DNA of 64,000 bases from an uncultured Candidatus Saccharibacteria bacterium (GTDB lineage Bacteria; Patescibacteriota; Minisyncoccia; Phycocordibacterales; PALSA-1337). The stretch covers positions 34,067 through 98,066 of the forward strand of contig CAZRIX010000002.1 of the NCBI GenBank assembly GCA_964600255.1. The letters run 5' to 3'. The notes beneath the pieces are model-generated. The model did not search any database, was not told where the DNA came from, and saw nothing but the letters and a program-made list of their open reading frames with translations. This document shows, piece by piece, positions 7,969 to 18,055 of this stretch; position 1 is the first letter of the stretch; every line of letters begins with the position of its first letter. Made by a program: the position numbers and the translations under genes.

Positions 7969-10900
7969 ATGCATACAACAAAAAAGTATTTCAGTCGTTT
8001 CAAGGCACCTCTGACCGAGATGCCAAACCTGGTAGAATCACAGGTTAAATCATTCGAAGTTTTAATAGAACAAGGTATAAGTGAAGTTTTGAAGGAATTT
8101 TCTCCTATCAAAGACTATGCTGGTAAGAAATTCGAACTATCATTTGTAGGTTTCGAACTTGCTAAGCCAAAGTATGACGAGCATTTTGCTAAGAACAACA
8201 AGCTTTCATATGAAGGTCAGATCAAGGTAAAGGTAAAGTTGAAGAACAAGTTGCTGGATTCAACAAAAGAGCAGGAAATGTTCCTTGCTGATTTGCCATT
8301 GATGACCGATCACGGTACTTTCATCATTAACGGTATCGAGAGAGTGATAGTTGCTCAGCTAGCACGCTCATTCGGTATTTTCTTCACAGCAAATGAAGCA
8401 AAGGGTAAAACTTTCTTCGGTGCAAAGGTTATCCCAGCTCGCGGAGTTTGGATGGAGATCGAATCTGATTCAGACGGTACTATATATGTAAGAATCGACC
8501 GCAAGAGAAAGTTCCCAATCACATCTCTTCTAAGAATCCTAGGTGCACAGACAGATGCTGATATCCTAGCGTACTTTAAGGGTAATGAATTGGCTGTAAA
8601 AGCTATAGAACTTACTCTAGCAAAGGATCATGCAAAGACAGTTGATGATGCCTATGTTGAGATTCACAAGAGATTAAGAGATGGTGATCTAGCTACAGCA
8701 GACAATGCTCGTGAATTCATCGGAAATATTTTTAATCCAGAAAGATACGACATCAATCGTGTTGGACGTTTCCGTTTCAACAAGAGATTCAATAAGTCTA
8801 TGGATGAAAAGGAATTGGAGAGACGTACAGTTAATGCTGATGACGTTGCTACAATTATTTCTCATATCGTAGAGCTAAACAATACTCCAGATGCAGTTGA
8901 AGATGATATTGATCACCTAGGATCAAGACGTGTTCGATATGTTGGAGAGCTTCTACAGCAAAAGCTTCGTGTTGGTATGACACAGATGAAGAGAAATATT
9001 CAGGACAGAATGTCTACAGTAGAGCCTGATGTTACTTTGCCTGTGAATTTCGTTTTCCCACGTCCACTACAGGCACGTATTAAGGAATTCTTCACAACAA
9101 ACCAGCTATCACAGTTCATGGGTCAGGAAAACGTTCTATCTGAGATCGAAAACCTACGTCTTCTAACAGCACTCGGTCCTGGAGGTCTTACACGCGAGAG
9201 AGCAGGATTCGAGGTTCGTGACGTTCACCCTTCTCACTACGGAAGACTATGTCCGATCCACACACCAGAAGGTCCAAACATCGGTCTTGTGCTACGTCTT
9301 TCAACATATGCACGTATCAATGATTTCGGAATGATTGAAACTCCATATGCAAAGGTAAAGAATGGAAAGGTCACAGAGGAAATCTCATATCTAAACGCTC
9401 TTGAAGAAGAGAATTTCAGAATCGCTCACGCAGCTATTCCTTATGATAAGTCAGGTAAAATCACAGCTGATGAAGTTGAGGTTCGTATCAATGGTAAACC
9501 AGGTCTTGCAAAGGCAAATGACGTGGACTATATCGACGTATCAACAAACCAAGCCTTTTCTATCGGTACATCATTGATTCCTTTCCTAAACCACGACGAT
9601 GCAAACCGTGCACTCATGGGATCTAACATGCAAAGACAGGCTACTCCTTGTATCGTAACTGAAGCACCTCTAGTTGCTACAGGAATCGAAAAGCAAGCCG
9701 TTGTAGATACAGGAAGAATCGTTCTAGCTCCAGAAGACGGAGAGATCGTATATGTAGATGCAAAGAAAGTTATTTTTGAAGGTAAGAAAGTTGGAAAGAA
9801 GGAATACAATCTAGTTCACTTCTCAAGAACAAACGGATTTACATCTTTCCACCAGCGCCCAATCGTTAATCTAGGACAAAAAGTAAAGAAGGGAGATGTT
9901 CTAGTTGATACATCGACATCAGACAATGGAGAGATCGCTCTAGGACAAAACATGCTAGTAGCCTTCATGTCATGGTCAGGAAACAACTACGAAGACGCTA
10001 TTATTCTTTCAGAAAGAGTTGTTAAGAATAGTAAGTTTACATCAATCAACATTGAAGAATTCGTAGTAAACGTTCGCGATACAAAGCTAGGACCTGAAGT
10101 TACAACTTGCGATATTCCAAACGTCAGTGAAGCAAAGCTAAAGAATCTTGCAGAAGATGGAGTAGTTCGTGTTGGAGCAGAAGTTCGTCCAGGAGATATC
10201 TTGGTTGGTAAGATTTCACCAAAGGGTGAGACTCAACTTACACCAGAAGAGAGACTGCTACGCTCAATCTTCGGAGAAAAAGCTCGTGATGTAAAAGATA
10301 CATCAAAGAGAATGGAAGGAGGAAAGAGAGGACGTGTTATCTCAGTTAAGATTTTCTCTAGAGACAGAGGAGACAAGCTAGAATCTGGAATCATCAAGAA
10401 GATTTACATTGAAGTTGCAGAACTAAGAAATGTATCTGTTGGAGACAAGCTAGCTGGTCGTCACGGAAACAAGGGAGTTATTTCAAGAATCCTACCTGAG
10501 GAAGATATGCCATACATGGAAGATGGAACACCAGTAGATGTTATTCTAACACCACTTGGAGTGCCTTCACGTATGAACCTAGGACAGATTCTAGAACTTC
10601 ACCTTGGTCTAGCTGCAAATACTCTAGGATACCAGGCTATTGTTCCACCATTTACAGGAGCTACTGATGTTGAAATCAAGGAGGAGCTTGTAAAGGCAGG
10701 ATTCGATGCTTCAGGTAAAATGAAACTACGCGATGGTAGAACAGGAGTACATTTCGATCAGCCAATCGCTGTTGGTTATATGTACATCTTGAAACTTCAC
10801 CACATGGTTGAGGATAAAATCCACATGCGTTCAATCGGACCTTACTCTCTCATTACTCAACAGCCACTTGGAGGTAAAGCTCAGGGTGGAGGACAGAGAT

Positions 10901-11145
10901 TCGGAGAAATGGAAGTCTGGGCACTTCTAGGTCACGGAGCAGCACATACACTACGAGAAATCCTAACAATCAAGTCAGATGATATCCAGGGACGTTCACA
11001 GGCATTCGATTCAATCGTTAAGGGAGAGAGAATGAAACAGCCAAACCTTCCAGCATCATTCAACGTGCTTCTAAAGTCACTACGTGGCTTGGCTCTTGAT
11101 GTAGAACTTATTAAAAAGGGTCGCACTGAGGAAGAAACAGAGTAA
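7969..11145 (+). CDS. rpoB: RNA polymerase beta subunit
   Basis: GTFIINGIERV, RDVHPSHYGRLCPIHTPEG, GDKLAGRHGNKG, GQRFGEME. ATG 7969 preferred to the TTG at 7945. Confidence 0.99.
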   Translation: MHTTKKYFSRFKAPLTEMPNLVESQVKSFEVLIEQGISEVLKEFSPIKDYAGKKFELSFVGFELAKPKYDEHFAKNNKLSYEGQIKVKVKLKNKLLDSTKEQEMFLADLPLMTDHGTFIINGIERVIVAQLARSFGIFFTANEAKGKTFFGAKVIPARGVWMEIESDSDGTIYVRIDRKRKFPITSLLRILGAQTDADILAYFKGNELAVKAIELTLAKDHAKTVDDAYVEIHKRLRDGDLATADNAREFIGNIFNPERYDINRVGRFRFNKRFNKSMDEKELERRTVNADDVATIISHIVELNNTPDAVEDDIDHLGSRRVRYVGELLQQKLRVGMTQMKRNIQDRMSTVEPDVTLPVNFVFPRPLQARIKEFFTTNQLSQFMGQENVLSEIENLRLLTALGPGGLTRERAGFEVRDVHPSHYGRLCPIHTPEGPNIGLVLRLSTYARINDFGMIETPYAKVKNGKVTEEISYLNALEEENFRIAHAAIPYDKSGKITADEVEVRINGKPGLAKANDVDYIDVSTNQAFSIGTSLIPFLNHDDANRALMGSNMQRQATPCIVTEAPLVATGIEKQAVVDTGRIVLAPEDGEIVYVDAKKVIFEGKKVGKKEYNLVHFSRTNGFTSFHQRPIVNLGQKVKKGDVLVDTSTSDNGEIALGQNMLVAFMSWSGNNYEDAIILSERVVKNSKFTSINIEEFVVNVRDTKLGPEVTTCDIPNVSEAKLKNLAEDGVVRVGAEVRPGDILVGKISPKGETQLTPEERLLRSIFGEKARDVKDTSKRMEGGKRGRVISVKIFSRDRGDKLESGIIKKIYIEVAELRNVSVGDKLAGRHGNKGVISRILPEEDMPYMEDGTPVDVILTPLGVPSRMNLGQILELHLGLAANTLGYQAIVPPFTGATDVEIKEELVKAGFDASGKMKLRDGRTGVHFDQPIAVGYMYILKLHHMVEDKIHMRSIGPYSLITQQPLGGKAQGGGQRFGEMEVWALLGHGAAHTLREILTIKSDDIQGRSQAFDSIVKGERMKQPNLPASFNVLLKSLRGLALDVELIKKGRTEEETE

Positions 11146-11157
11146 TACAATAATTAT

Positions 11158-11952
11158 ATGAATAAAATTATAAAAATAATTATTGCGACAATTGCCATCC
11201 TGCTTATTGGCGGAGCTATATATGCTATAAAATATTACGATCCGAAGGCACCAAAATATAGCAAAGAAGTAAACACTTCCGTTTCTGATTGGAAGACTTA
11301 TACAAGTACTAAATTTGGATTTGAAATAAAATATCCTAATGATTGGAAGATCGATGAAAATACTGGAGGATTGGATACTTCTATTTCTATTTACAAGCCA
11401 AATAGTTCAACAGGAGGCAATGATGTTTTAGAAAACAGAATACATATAGATATCAACCCTTCATGTGATTCGACAGCTTGGACAATCAGTGGAAACGAAA
11501 TATACGATTCATTTAATATACTTAATGTGTGTTTGGATTCTAGTAAGTCATTGCAAGCAAAATTAACGGCTTTAAATGATGATTATAAAACTATAGAAGA
11601 TCTAATTATTTCTACGTTCAAACTTACCTCTCCAACAAATACTTCATCAACACAGTCATCAGAATCAATAGGTATTCAGGTAATTTCTCCTAAGTCAGGT
11701 GATAAATTGGTAATTGGTAAAACTTACGACGTAAAGTGGTCAAATTATTCTGGCCAAGAGAAGCTAAATATAGTGCTAGTTGGAAAGAAGTCTTCAACGG
11801 TAATCACTTCAACATTAAAGGCAGCTAACGTCGGTACTTATACAATGACAGTACCAGCTGTTGATACAAGTGATACTTATAAAATAGAAGTATATCCAGC
11901 AGGAGGTAGAGAGCTAGTCGGAAGAAGCGGAGAGTTCACTATTACCAATTAA
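11158..11952 (+). CDS. Membrane-anchored/secreted protein with PsbP-like and Ser/Thr-rich Ig-like domains
   Basis: N-terminal TM; WKTY..FGFEIKYP.DW motif; C-terminal I.VISP..G..L.IG..Y.V.W motif. Domain calls from motif recall. Confidence 0.7.
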   Translation: MNKIIKIIIATIAILLIGGAIYAIKYYDPKAPKYSKEVNTSVSDWKTYTSTKFGFEIKYPNDWKIDENTGGLDTSISIYKPNSSTGGNDVLENRIHIDINPSCDSTAWTISGNEIYDSFNILNVCLDSSKSLQAKLTALNDDYKTIEDLIISTFKLTSPTNTSSTQSSESIGIQVISPKSGDKLVIGKTYDVKWSNYSGQEKLNIVLVGKKSSTVITSTLKAANVGTYTMTVPAVDTSDTYKIEVYPAGGRELVGRSGEFTITN

Positions 11953-11975
11953 TTTCATCAAATAATATAAAATAT

Positions 11976-14900
11976 ATGGAAAAATATACAAACAAAAAAA
12001 TGAATGATCCTCAAGATTTCGATGCTGTGAAGCTCGGAGTTGCTTCTCCAGAGAAAATCCTTGAATGGTCATTTGGTGAAATCACAAAGCCCGAGACTAT
12101 CAACTACAGAACACAGCGTTCTGAGAAGAGCGGTCTATTTGATGAAAAAATCTTTGGTCCAGATCGTGACTATGAGTGTTACTGTGGTAAATACCGTGGT
12201 ATTCGTTATAAGGGAATTATCTGTGAAAAGTGTGGAGTTGAAATCACACGCTCAATAGTTCGCCGTGAGAGAATGGGTCATATCGAGCTAGCTACTCCTG
12301 TATCACATATCTGGTTCCTACGCTCTATGCCATCAAGAATTGGTCTAGTTCTTGGAATGACTACTTCTGATCTAGAAAAGGTAGTTTACTTTGCTGGATA
12401 CATCGTTACAAAGATTCACCAGGGAGAGAAAGATTCATTCCTAAAGGAATTGGATTCTGAATACAAGACAAAGGTAAAGGCAGCTCAGGACGACAAGACA
12501 AAGGAAGCTCTAAAGGAACTTGTAGTTACAGCTCGTCGTGAAATCGAAAGTCTAGAACCTGGATTTGTTATGGATGAGGTTCAGTACCACAAGTACTCAA
12601 TGAAGTATGGTTCACTGTTTGAGGCAGGAATCGGAGCTGAAGCCATTTTTGAAATATTAAAAAAGACAGATATGGTAAAGCTTCTAGAATCTCTAAATGC
12701 AGAATTCGAGAAGGCAAGTGCAATCGAGAAGGAGAAGCTTTCAAAGAGAATTTCTTTGATCAAGTCTATGATCAAGTCTGAAACACGACCTGAATGGATG
12801 TTCCTTACAAGAATTCCAGTTATTCCACCAGCACTTCGCCCTATGGTTGCTCTAGATGGAGGACGTTATGCAACATCAGATGCAAACGATCTATACCGAA
12901 GAGTTATCAACCGTAACAACCGTCTTCTAAAGCTAAAGGAAATTGACGCTCCAGATGTTATCTTGAGAAATGAAAAAAGAATTCTTCAGGAAGCTGTTGA
13001 TGCCCTAATCGACAACTCAATCCGTCATGGTGCAGCTACAGGAGCAGCAGCTATCCAGGCTCAAAAGCGCGCTCTGAAGTCACTTTCAGACAATTTGAAG
13101 AGTAAGAGAGGTCTATTCCGTCAAAACCTTCTAGGAAAGCGTGTAGACTACTCAGGACGTTCTGTAATCGTTGTTGGACCTGAACTAGCTCTTGACCAGT
13201 GTGGACTTCCAAAGCACATGGCTCTTGAACTTTTCCGTCCATTCGTTATCTCAGGACTATTGAAGAGAGAACTAGCATTCAACATTCGTGGAGCTGGTAA
13301 GCTTATCGATGAAGGTGCAAAGGAAGTTTGGGAAATTCTAGAAGAAGTTATTGAAGGTAAGTACGTTCTACTAAACCGTGCTCCTACTCTACACAGACTA
13401 GGTATCCAGGCTTTCCGCCCAACCTTGATCGAAGGTAACGCTATCCAGGTTCACCCTCTAGTATGTACAGCTTTCAACGCTGACTTCGACGGAGACCAGA
13501 TGGCCGTTCACGTTCCACTTGGAGTTGAAGCTCAACTTGAAGCAAAGGAGATCATGGCTTCAAATAAAAATATTCTAAAGCCAGGAAACGGAGATCCTAC
13601 TGTTGTAGCAAAGCTACTTGATATCGTGCTTGGATGTTTCTGGGTTACAAAGGCGGTTGATGGAGAAATAGGAGAAGGTAAAATCTTCGAAAGTCCAGAA
13701 GCAGCTCTTTCAGCTCATAACTTCGGTGCAGTGTCATATCGCTCAAAGGTAAAGGTTCTTCCAGGAGAAGGTAAGAAGTACGAACAATTTGATGGAAAGC
13801 TATTCGAGACAACAGTTGGAAGAATTCTTTTCAACAATATGCTTCCAGCAGACTTCGCATTTATCAACAAGGAAATCGATCGTAAGAAGCTATCAGGAAT
13901 TATCGATGAACTTATCATTTCACATGGTATTGCTCAGATCCCTGGTATCCTAGACGGAATCAAGGCATTCGGATTCAAGTATGCTACTCATTCAGGTACA
14001 ACTTGGGGTATCGATGACGTTGTAATTCCAGAAGGAAAGAAGGATGTTATCGCTCAAGCAAAGGTAAAGTCAGAAGAGGTTATGAATCAATTCGGTGAAG
14101 GTCTTCTAACTGATGAAGAGAGACTACGTAAGAATATTGAGATCTGGCACAAGGCCAAGAACGATGTTGAAAAGCTAATCCCTGCGTCACTAGATAAGAT
14201 GGGATCAGTTTACGACATGGTTAACTCTGGAGCCAGAGGATCATACTCACAGATTACACAGATGGCGGGTATGAAGGGTCTTATCGCATCTACATCTGGA
14301 GAGACAATCGAATTCCCAATTCTATCTTGTTCAAAGGAAGGTCTAACACCTATCGAATACTTCATTACAACTCACGGTTCAAGAAAGGGTCTAACAGACA
14401 CAGCTTTGAACACAGCTAAGGCTGGTTATCTAACAAGAAAGCTTTTCGTTGTTGCTCAGGACGTTATGATCAATGAAGATGATTGTGGTACAAAGGACTC
14501 AATTATCATCAAGAAACAAACAGCTTCAGGAATCAACATTCCACTTTCAAAGAACATCAGAGGAAGAGTCCTTGCTGAAGATATCGTAGACAAGAGTGGA
14601 GCCGTTCTTTTCAAAAAGAATCACCTACTTACAAAGCTTGAAGCACAGAAGGTTGAAGAGACAGGAATCGAATCAGTTCATGTTCGCTCACCACTTTCAT
14701 GTAAGAGTATTAAGGGAGTTTGTGCACAATGTTATGGAGTGGATCTAGGAAACAACAAGATTGTTGAACTTGGAGAAGCTGTTGGAACAGTTGCAGGACA
14801 AGCTATCGGTGAACCAGGAACACAGCTAACAATGCGTACATTCCACGCCGGAGGTACAGCGTCAGTTGGAGGAGACATCACTCAGGGTCTACCACGTGTT

Positions 14901-15659
14901 GAAGAAATTTTTGAAAAGAGAAGACCAAAGAATCCTGCCGTTATCGCAACAGTTACAGGAACAGTTACAGAAATCAAGGATCTTGGAAAAGAGAAGTCAA
15001 TCAAGATTATGCCGGAAATGGAAGATCGCGCAAAGGGCAAGAAGGCAAGTGAAGTTGAATATCTATTCAATGTAAAGCGTGTACCTTTCGTTAAGGTTGG
15101 TGACCAAGTGAACAAGGGAGACATCATTACAGACGGATCAGCAGATATTGATGAGAAATTCGAATATGCAGGTGCAGAGAAGGCAAAGAATTACGTTATC
15201 GGAGAAATCGCAAAGATTTACGAACTTCAGGGAGAAACCGTTGCTCGTAAGCACATTGAGATTATCGTGAAGCAGATGTTCTCAAGAAGAAAGGTAACTG
15301 AGACTGGAGACACAAATCTAGCAGAGGGTACTATCGTTGATGATCTACAGCTACAAGAGGAGAATGCAATGGCAAAGGCAAATGGAGGAGCACCAGCCAA
15401 GGCAGAGCCAGTAGTTATGGGTATCACCGAAGTATCACTATCACGTAAGAGTTTCCTATCAGCAGCATCATTCCAGCACACAACACGCGTACTTATCAAC
15501 AGTGCAGTTCGTGGAAGTGAGGATGATCTAGTAGGTTTGATGGAAAACGTTATCATCGGCCGCCTAATCCCAGCAGGATCAGGATTCGTTGGAAGTCCAA
15601 AGCAAAGAATGATTGCAGAGGTACAACCAAAGGAAGGGGAGGACGAAGAGAATTACTAA
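11976..15659 (+). CDS. rpoC: RNA polymerase beta' subunit
   Basis: Zn finger CYCGKY...CEKC, NADFDGDQM catalytic motif, GEPGTQLTMRTFH. Confidence 0.99.
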   Translation: MEKYTNKKMNDPQDFDAVKLGVASPEKILEWSFGEITKPETINYRTQRSEKSGLFDEKIFGPDRDYECYCGKYRGIRYKGIICEKCGVEITRSIVRRERMGHIELATPVSHIWFLRSMPSRIGLVLGMTTSDLEKVVYFAGYIVTKIHQGEKDSFLKELDSEYKTKVKAAQDDKTKEALKELVVTARREIESLEPGFVMDEVQYHKYSMKYGSLFEAGIGAEAIFEILKKTDMVKLLESLNAEFEKASAIEKEKLSKRISLIKSMIKSETRPEWMFLTRIPVIPPALRPMVALDGGRYATSDANDLYRRVINRNNRLLKLKEIDAPDVILRNEKRILQEAVDALIDNSIRHGAATGAAAIQAQKRALKSLSDNLKSKRGLFRQNLLGKRVDYSGRSVIVVGPELALDQCGLPKHMALELFRPFVISGLLKRELAFNIRGAGKLIDEGAKEVWEILEEVIEGKYVLLNRAPTLHRLGIQAFRPTLIEGNAIQVHPLVCTAFNADFDGDQMAVHVPLGVEAQLEAKEIMASNKNILKPGNGDPTVVAKLLDIVLGCFWVTKAVDGEIGEGKIFESPEAALSAHNFGAVSYRSKVKVLPGEGKKYEQFDGKLFETTVGRILFNNMLPADFAFINKEIDRKKLSGIIDELIISHGIAQIPGILDGIKAFGFKYATHSGTTWGIDDVVIPEGKKDVIAQAKVKSEEVMNQFGEGLLTDEERLRKNIEIWHKAKNDVEKLIPASLDKMGSVYDMVNSGARGSYSQITQMAGMKGLIASTSGETIEFPILSCSKEGLTPIEYFITTHGSRKGLTDTALNTAKAGYLTRKLFVVAQDVMINEDDCGTKDSIIIKKQTASGINIPLSKNIRGRVLAEDIVDKSGAVLFKKNHLLTKLEAQKVEETGIESVHVRSPLSCKSIKGVCAQCYGVDLGNNKIVELGEAVGTVAGQAIGEPGTQLTMRTFHAGGTASVGGDITQGLPRVEEIFEKRRPKNPAVIATVTGTVTEIKDLGKEKSIKIMPEMEDRAKGKKASEVEYLFNVKRVPFVKVGDQVNKGDIITDGSADIDEKFEYAGAEKAKNYVIGEIAKIYELQGETVARKHIEIIVKQMFSRRKVTETGDTNLAEGTIVDDLQLQEENAMAKANGGAPAKAEPVVMGITEVSLSRKSFLSAASFQHTTRVLINSAVRGSEDDLVGLMENVIIGRLIPAGSGFVGSPKQRMIAEVQPKEGEDEENY

Positions 15660-15687
15660 TATTTTGTAGACTTAAGTAATATATAAA

Positions 15688-15720
15688 GCAAAGAGGGTCC
15701 GAAAGGGCTCTTTTTGCTTT
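15688..15720 (+). terminator. Intrinsic terminator after rpoC
   Basis: AAAGAGGGTCC-GAAA-GGGCTCTTTTT hairpin with T-run. Confidence 0.75.
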
Positions 15721-15797
15721 GTTTGACAACGATATATATTTTTTATAGTATTTGGCTGTTACTCTCGGTAACCAAAACTAGTACAGAAGGGTTAAAC

Positions 15798-16148
15798 ATG
15801 ACTATAGATCTCGGTGTTTGTGCTTGGGTGATTCTTCCAAAGAGAAGGTTCGACAAAGTATGGACTTACGTTCATCAAAATGATATGGAATCTGGATTCT
15901 GTCATCATAATATTGGACCTGAATATTCAGTAAGAAGTTATCATCACAGCGAAGAGGAGCTCTTCATTAATCTAATGTCAATAAGAGAGTGTATTGTTGA
16001 CTACGATGTCCCTGGTGGAAAAGAAGATGAGCTTGAGTATACTAATTTGTATAAAGGTTTGTTGCGTATCCTAAGGCGCCATGTCTTTAAAGCGAAAGAA
16101 GTAAATATTGATGACCTTCATATGATCTTACTTCGTGTATCTGCTTAG
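15798..16148 (+). CDS. Orphan protein
   Basis: TTGACA promoter at about 15723; AGAAGGG RBS before ATG 15798; followed by the shared three-hairpin tail. Confidence 0.65.
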   Translation: MTIDLGVCAWVILPKRRFDKVWTYVHQNDMESGFCHHNIGPEYSVRSYHHSEEELFINLMSIRECIVDYDVPGGKEDELEYTNLYKGLLRILRRHVFKAKEVNIDDLHMILLRVSA

Positions 16149-16170
16149 TTCTCGTGTCACGCAGCAACTA

Positions 16171-16243
16171 CGTACACACCGACGAAACGGTGCGGTGTTC
16201 ACTCACCAACCCTGGCGATTCCTCACGGATTCGCCGGTTTTTT
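16171..16243 (+). repeat. Three-hairpin 3' tail, copy 1 (ends in terminator)
   Basis: CACACCGACGAAACGGTGC...ACCAACCCTGGCGATTCCT...GGA.TCGCCGG-TTTTTT, repeated at 16718-16791. Confidence 0.92.
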
Positions 16244-16384
16244 AATCTAAATGAGTGGAGGGATCTGATGACTTCATATGCTCATTACTCTTTGACATGG
16301 GTGTTGTTTAATGATATTTTGTTGTGTGTGGACTGGCGTGCAAAAGTAAGCCGTGATGGTCCAAAGTACATATAAAACCTGGTT

Positions 16385-16705
16385 ATGATAACTAGAAAGA
16401 CTGTCTGCATAGTCACTGTGATTGTGATGGTCGCTTGCGCAAGCATTGGCGTACCAGTGTTGGTTGCATACGAAGAGGACTTCGTAATCGCTGTCAATTC
16501 GTTAGAATCTCATGGCAGAGACACGACGTATGTCTGTCGCTGGACTGACGGAAAGGTTGCACTGATGCACAGTTCCACTGGTGAAGTTTGTATTCTCTCT
16601 ATTCAATGTAACTTCCAAAACATCGCGGTGGGCGAAACCTACACCGCCATGCCGGGACTTACATGTAGATGGGGACGTCTTCCTGGACAACTCAGGAAGG
16701 TATAA
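16385..16705 (+). CDS. Orphan membrane-anchored, Cys-rich protein
   Basis: Promoter TTGACA-N17-TATTTT; N-terminal hydrophobic helix; shared 3' tail. Confidence 0.7.
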   Translation: MITRKTVCIVTVIVMVACASIGVPVLVAYEEDFVIAVNSLESHGRDTTYVCRWTDGKVALMHSSTGEVCILSIQCNFQNIAVGETYTAMPGLTCRWGRLPGQLRKV

Positions 16706-16717
16706 CAGTTTACATAG

Positions 16718-16791
16718 CGTTCACACCGACGAAACGGTGCTGGTACAAAATACCAACCCTGGCGATTCCTAGCGGAGTCGCCGGTTTTTTT
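16718..16791 (+). repeat. Three-hairpin 3' tail, copy 2
   Basis: Matches 16171-16243, with a compensatory change GGTG/CACC to GGTA/TACC. Confidence 0.92.
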
Positions 16792-16796
16792 ATATA

Positions 16797-18017
16797 CTAC
16801 TTCAAATACGTAATATCTCTTGGATAAAACGTATTTGCAGTCCACTCGCCAGCTATTTCAAAACGTTTACGCCATGATAGGAAGTTGAATAGATAAATTG
16901 TTCTCCATACCCACCACATTATTCTTCCACTTACATTTATACCAAAGAAATTTCCGATAGCATACCACTGACCAATAGATATGAGGAGTCCTTTTGATTT
17001 GAAATCAAAAGATCGTGGTTTTTTATTAGACTTTGTGGCTATTATAAAAATATTATCCGCTAAGACCTTGCTTTGCTGTACCGCAACCTGTGCCAACATT
17101 GGAAAGGTTCCAGACGCATCTCCAAGTGCAAAGGTATGTGGATCATTCTGACTGTGGAGTGAAGAGTCTACCTCCATACGTCCTTTTGCTCCTACTGCTA
17201 CGCCTTTTATCTCGGATAAAGTTGGTGCTACACCTGCAACCCAAACGAGTGTATGAGCTTTTAAGCTACTGCCATCTTTAAAACTTAGAGCATATGGTTC
17301 AACCTTGGTAACTATAGCGTTTGCAACTACGTTTATCCCAAGCTCGCCCAACCTTTTAAGTGCCAATGCCCGCATTTTCACTGGGAACTGAGAGATAATA
17401 TCTGGTGTGGCAGTGACAAGTGAGATATGTATATCTGACTCAACAAAACCAGATCTACTATAGTAGGTTTTTAGCAATAAATGCATATACTCAGCGTACT
17501 CTGCTGCCAATTCAACTCCAGTAGGTCCAGCGCCTACAATAGCAACTTTCAGCATGTCTTTGTTGCCAGTTTCGACTGCTTGCTCAAATGTCTGCAATAT
17601 ATGGTTGCGTAGAACTATTGCATCGTGAAGACTCTTTAGAGTAAAGCAATGTTCCTTTGCGCCTACGGTACCAAAATAGTTCGTATCAGCTCCAGTCGCA
17701 ACAACAAGAAAGTCGTATGAATATTGAGATTTGTCTGTAATGACTCGCTTCGAATTTTGATCCACTTCAATAACTTCATCCTCAACAAAGTTTACACATG
17801 TGCCACGAAAGACCTCGCGGATAGGCTCTACAATACTTGTTGGAGATAGACCACCAGTAGCGACTTCGTGAAGTAGTGGAGTGAAAAGGAAAAAATTGGA
17901 ACGATTGATTAAAGTGATTTCTATTGTATTTTTTTCGAAAAGTTTTTCGAGACGGCGAGCAGTATAGACTCCACCGAATCCTCCACCTACTATAACTATT
18001 TTTGTTTTTTCTTTCAT
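16797..18017 (-). CDS. ndh: Type II NADH dehydrogenase (NDH-2)-like FAD oxidoreductase
   Basis: GGGFGG and GAGPTGVE Rossmann motifs, FTPLLHEVATG, ALGD, AQVAVQQ. Confidence 0.88.
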   Translation of the reverse strand: MKEKTKIVIVGGGFGGVYTARRLEKLFEKNTIEITLINRSNFFLFTPLLHEVATGGLSPTSIVEPIREVFRGTCVNFVEDEVIEVDQNSKRVITDKSQYSYDFLVVATGADTNYFGTVGAKEHCFTLKSLHDAIVLRNHILQTFEQAVETGNKDMLKVAIVGAGPTGVELAAEYAEYMHLLLKTYYSRSGFVESDIHISLVTATPDIISQFPVKMRALALKRLGELGINVVANAIVTKVEPYALSFKDGSSLKAHTLVWVAGVAPTLSEIKGVAVGAKGRMEVDSSLHSQNDPHTFALGDASGTFPMLAQVAVQQSKVLADNIFIIATKSNKKPRSFDFKSKGLLISIGQWYAIGNFFGINVSGRIMWWVWRTIYLFNFLSWRKRFEIAGEWTANTFYPRDITYLK

Positions 18018-18055
18018 TGCTTTTCATTATATAGCATTTAACTTATAATATAAAC

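Noticed and set aside
16171-16280. Hammerhead ribozyme (GACGAAAC at 16181 and CTGATGA at 16266)
   Set aside because: Stem II cannot form (C opposite C), a terminator lies between the core segments, and the second tail copy has no CTGATGA.
16700-16791. Integron attC site (GTATAAC overlapping a stop codon)
   Set aside because: No closing GTTRRRY, the other tail copy lacks the AAC, and no integron integrase is present.
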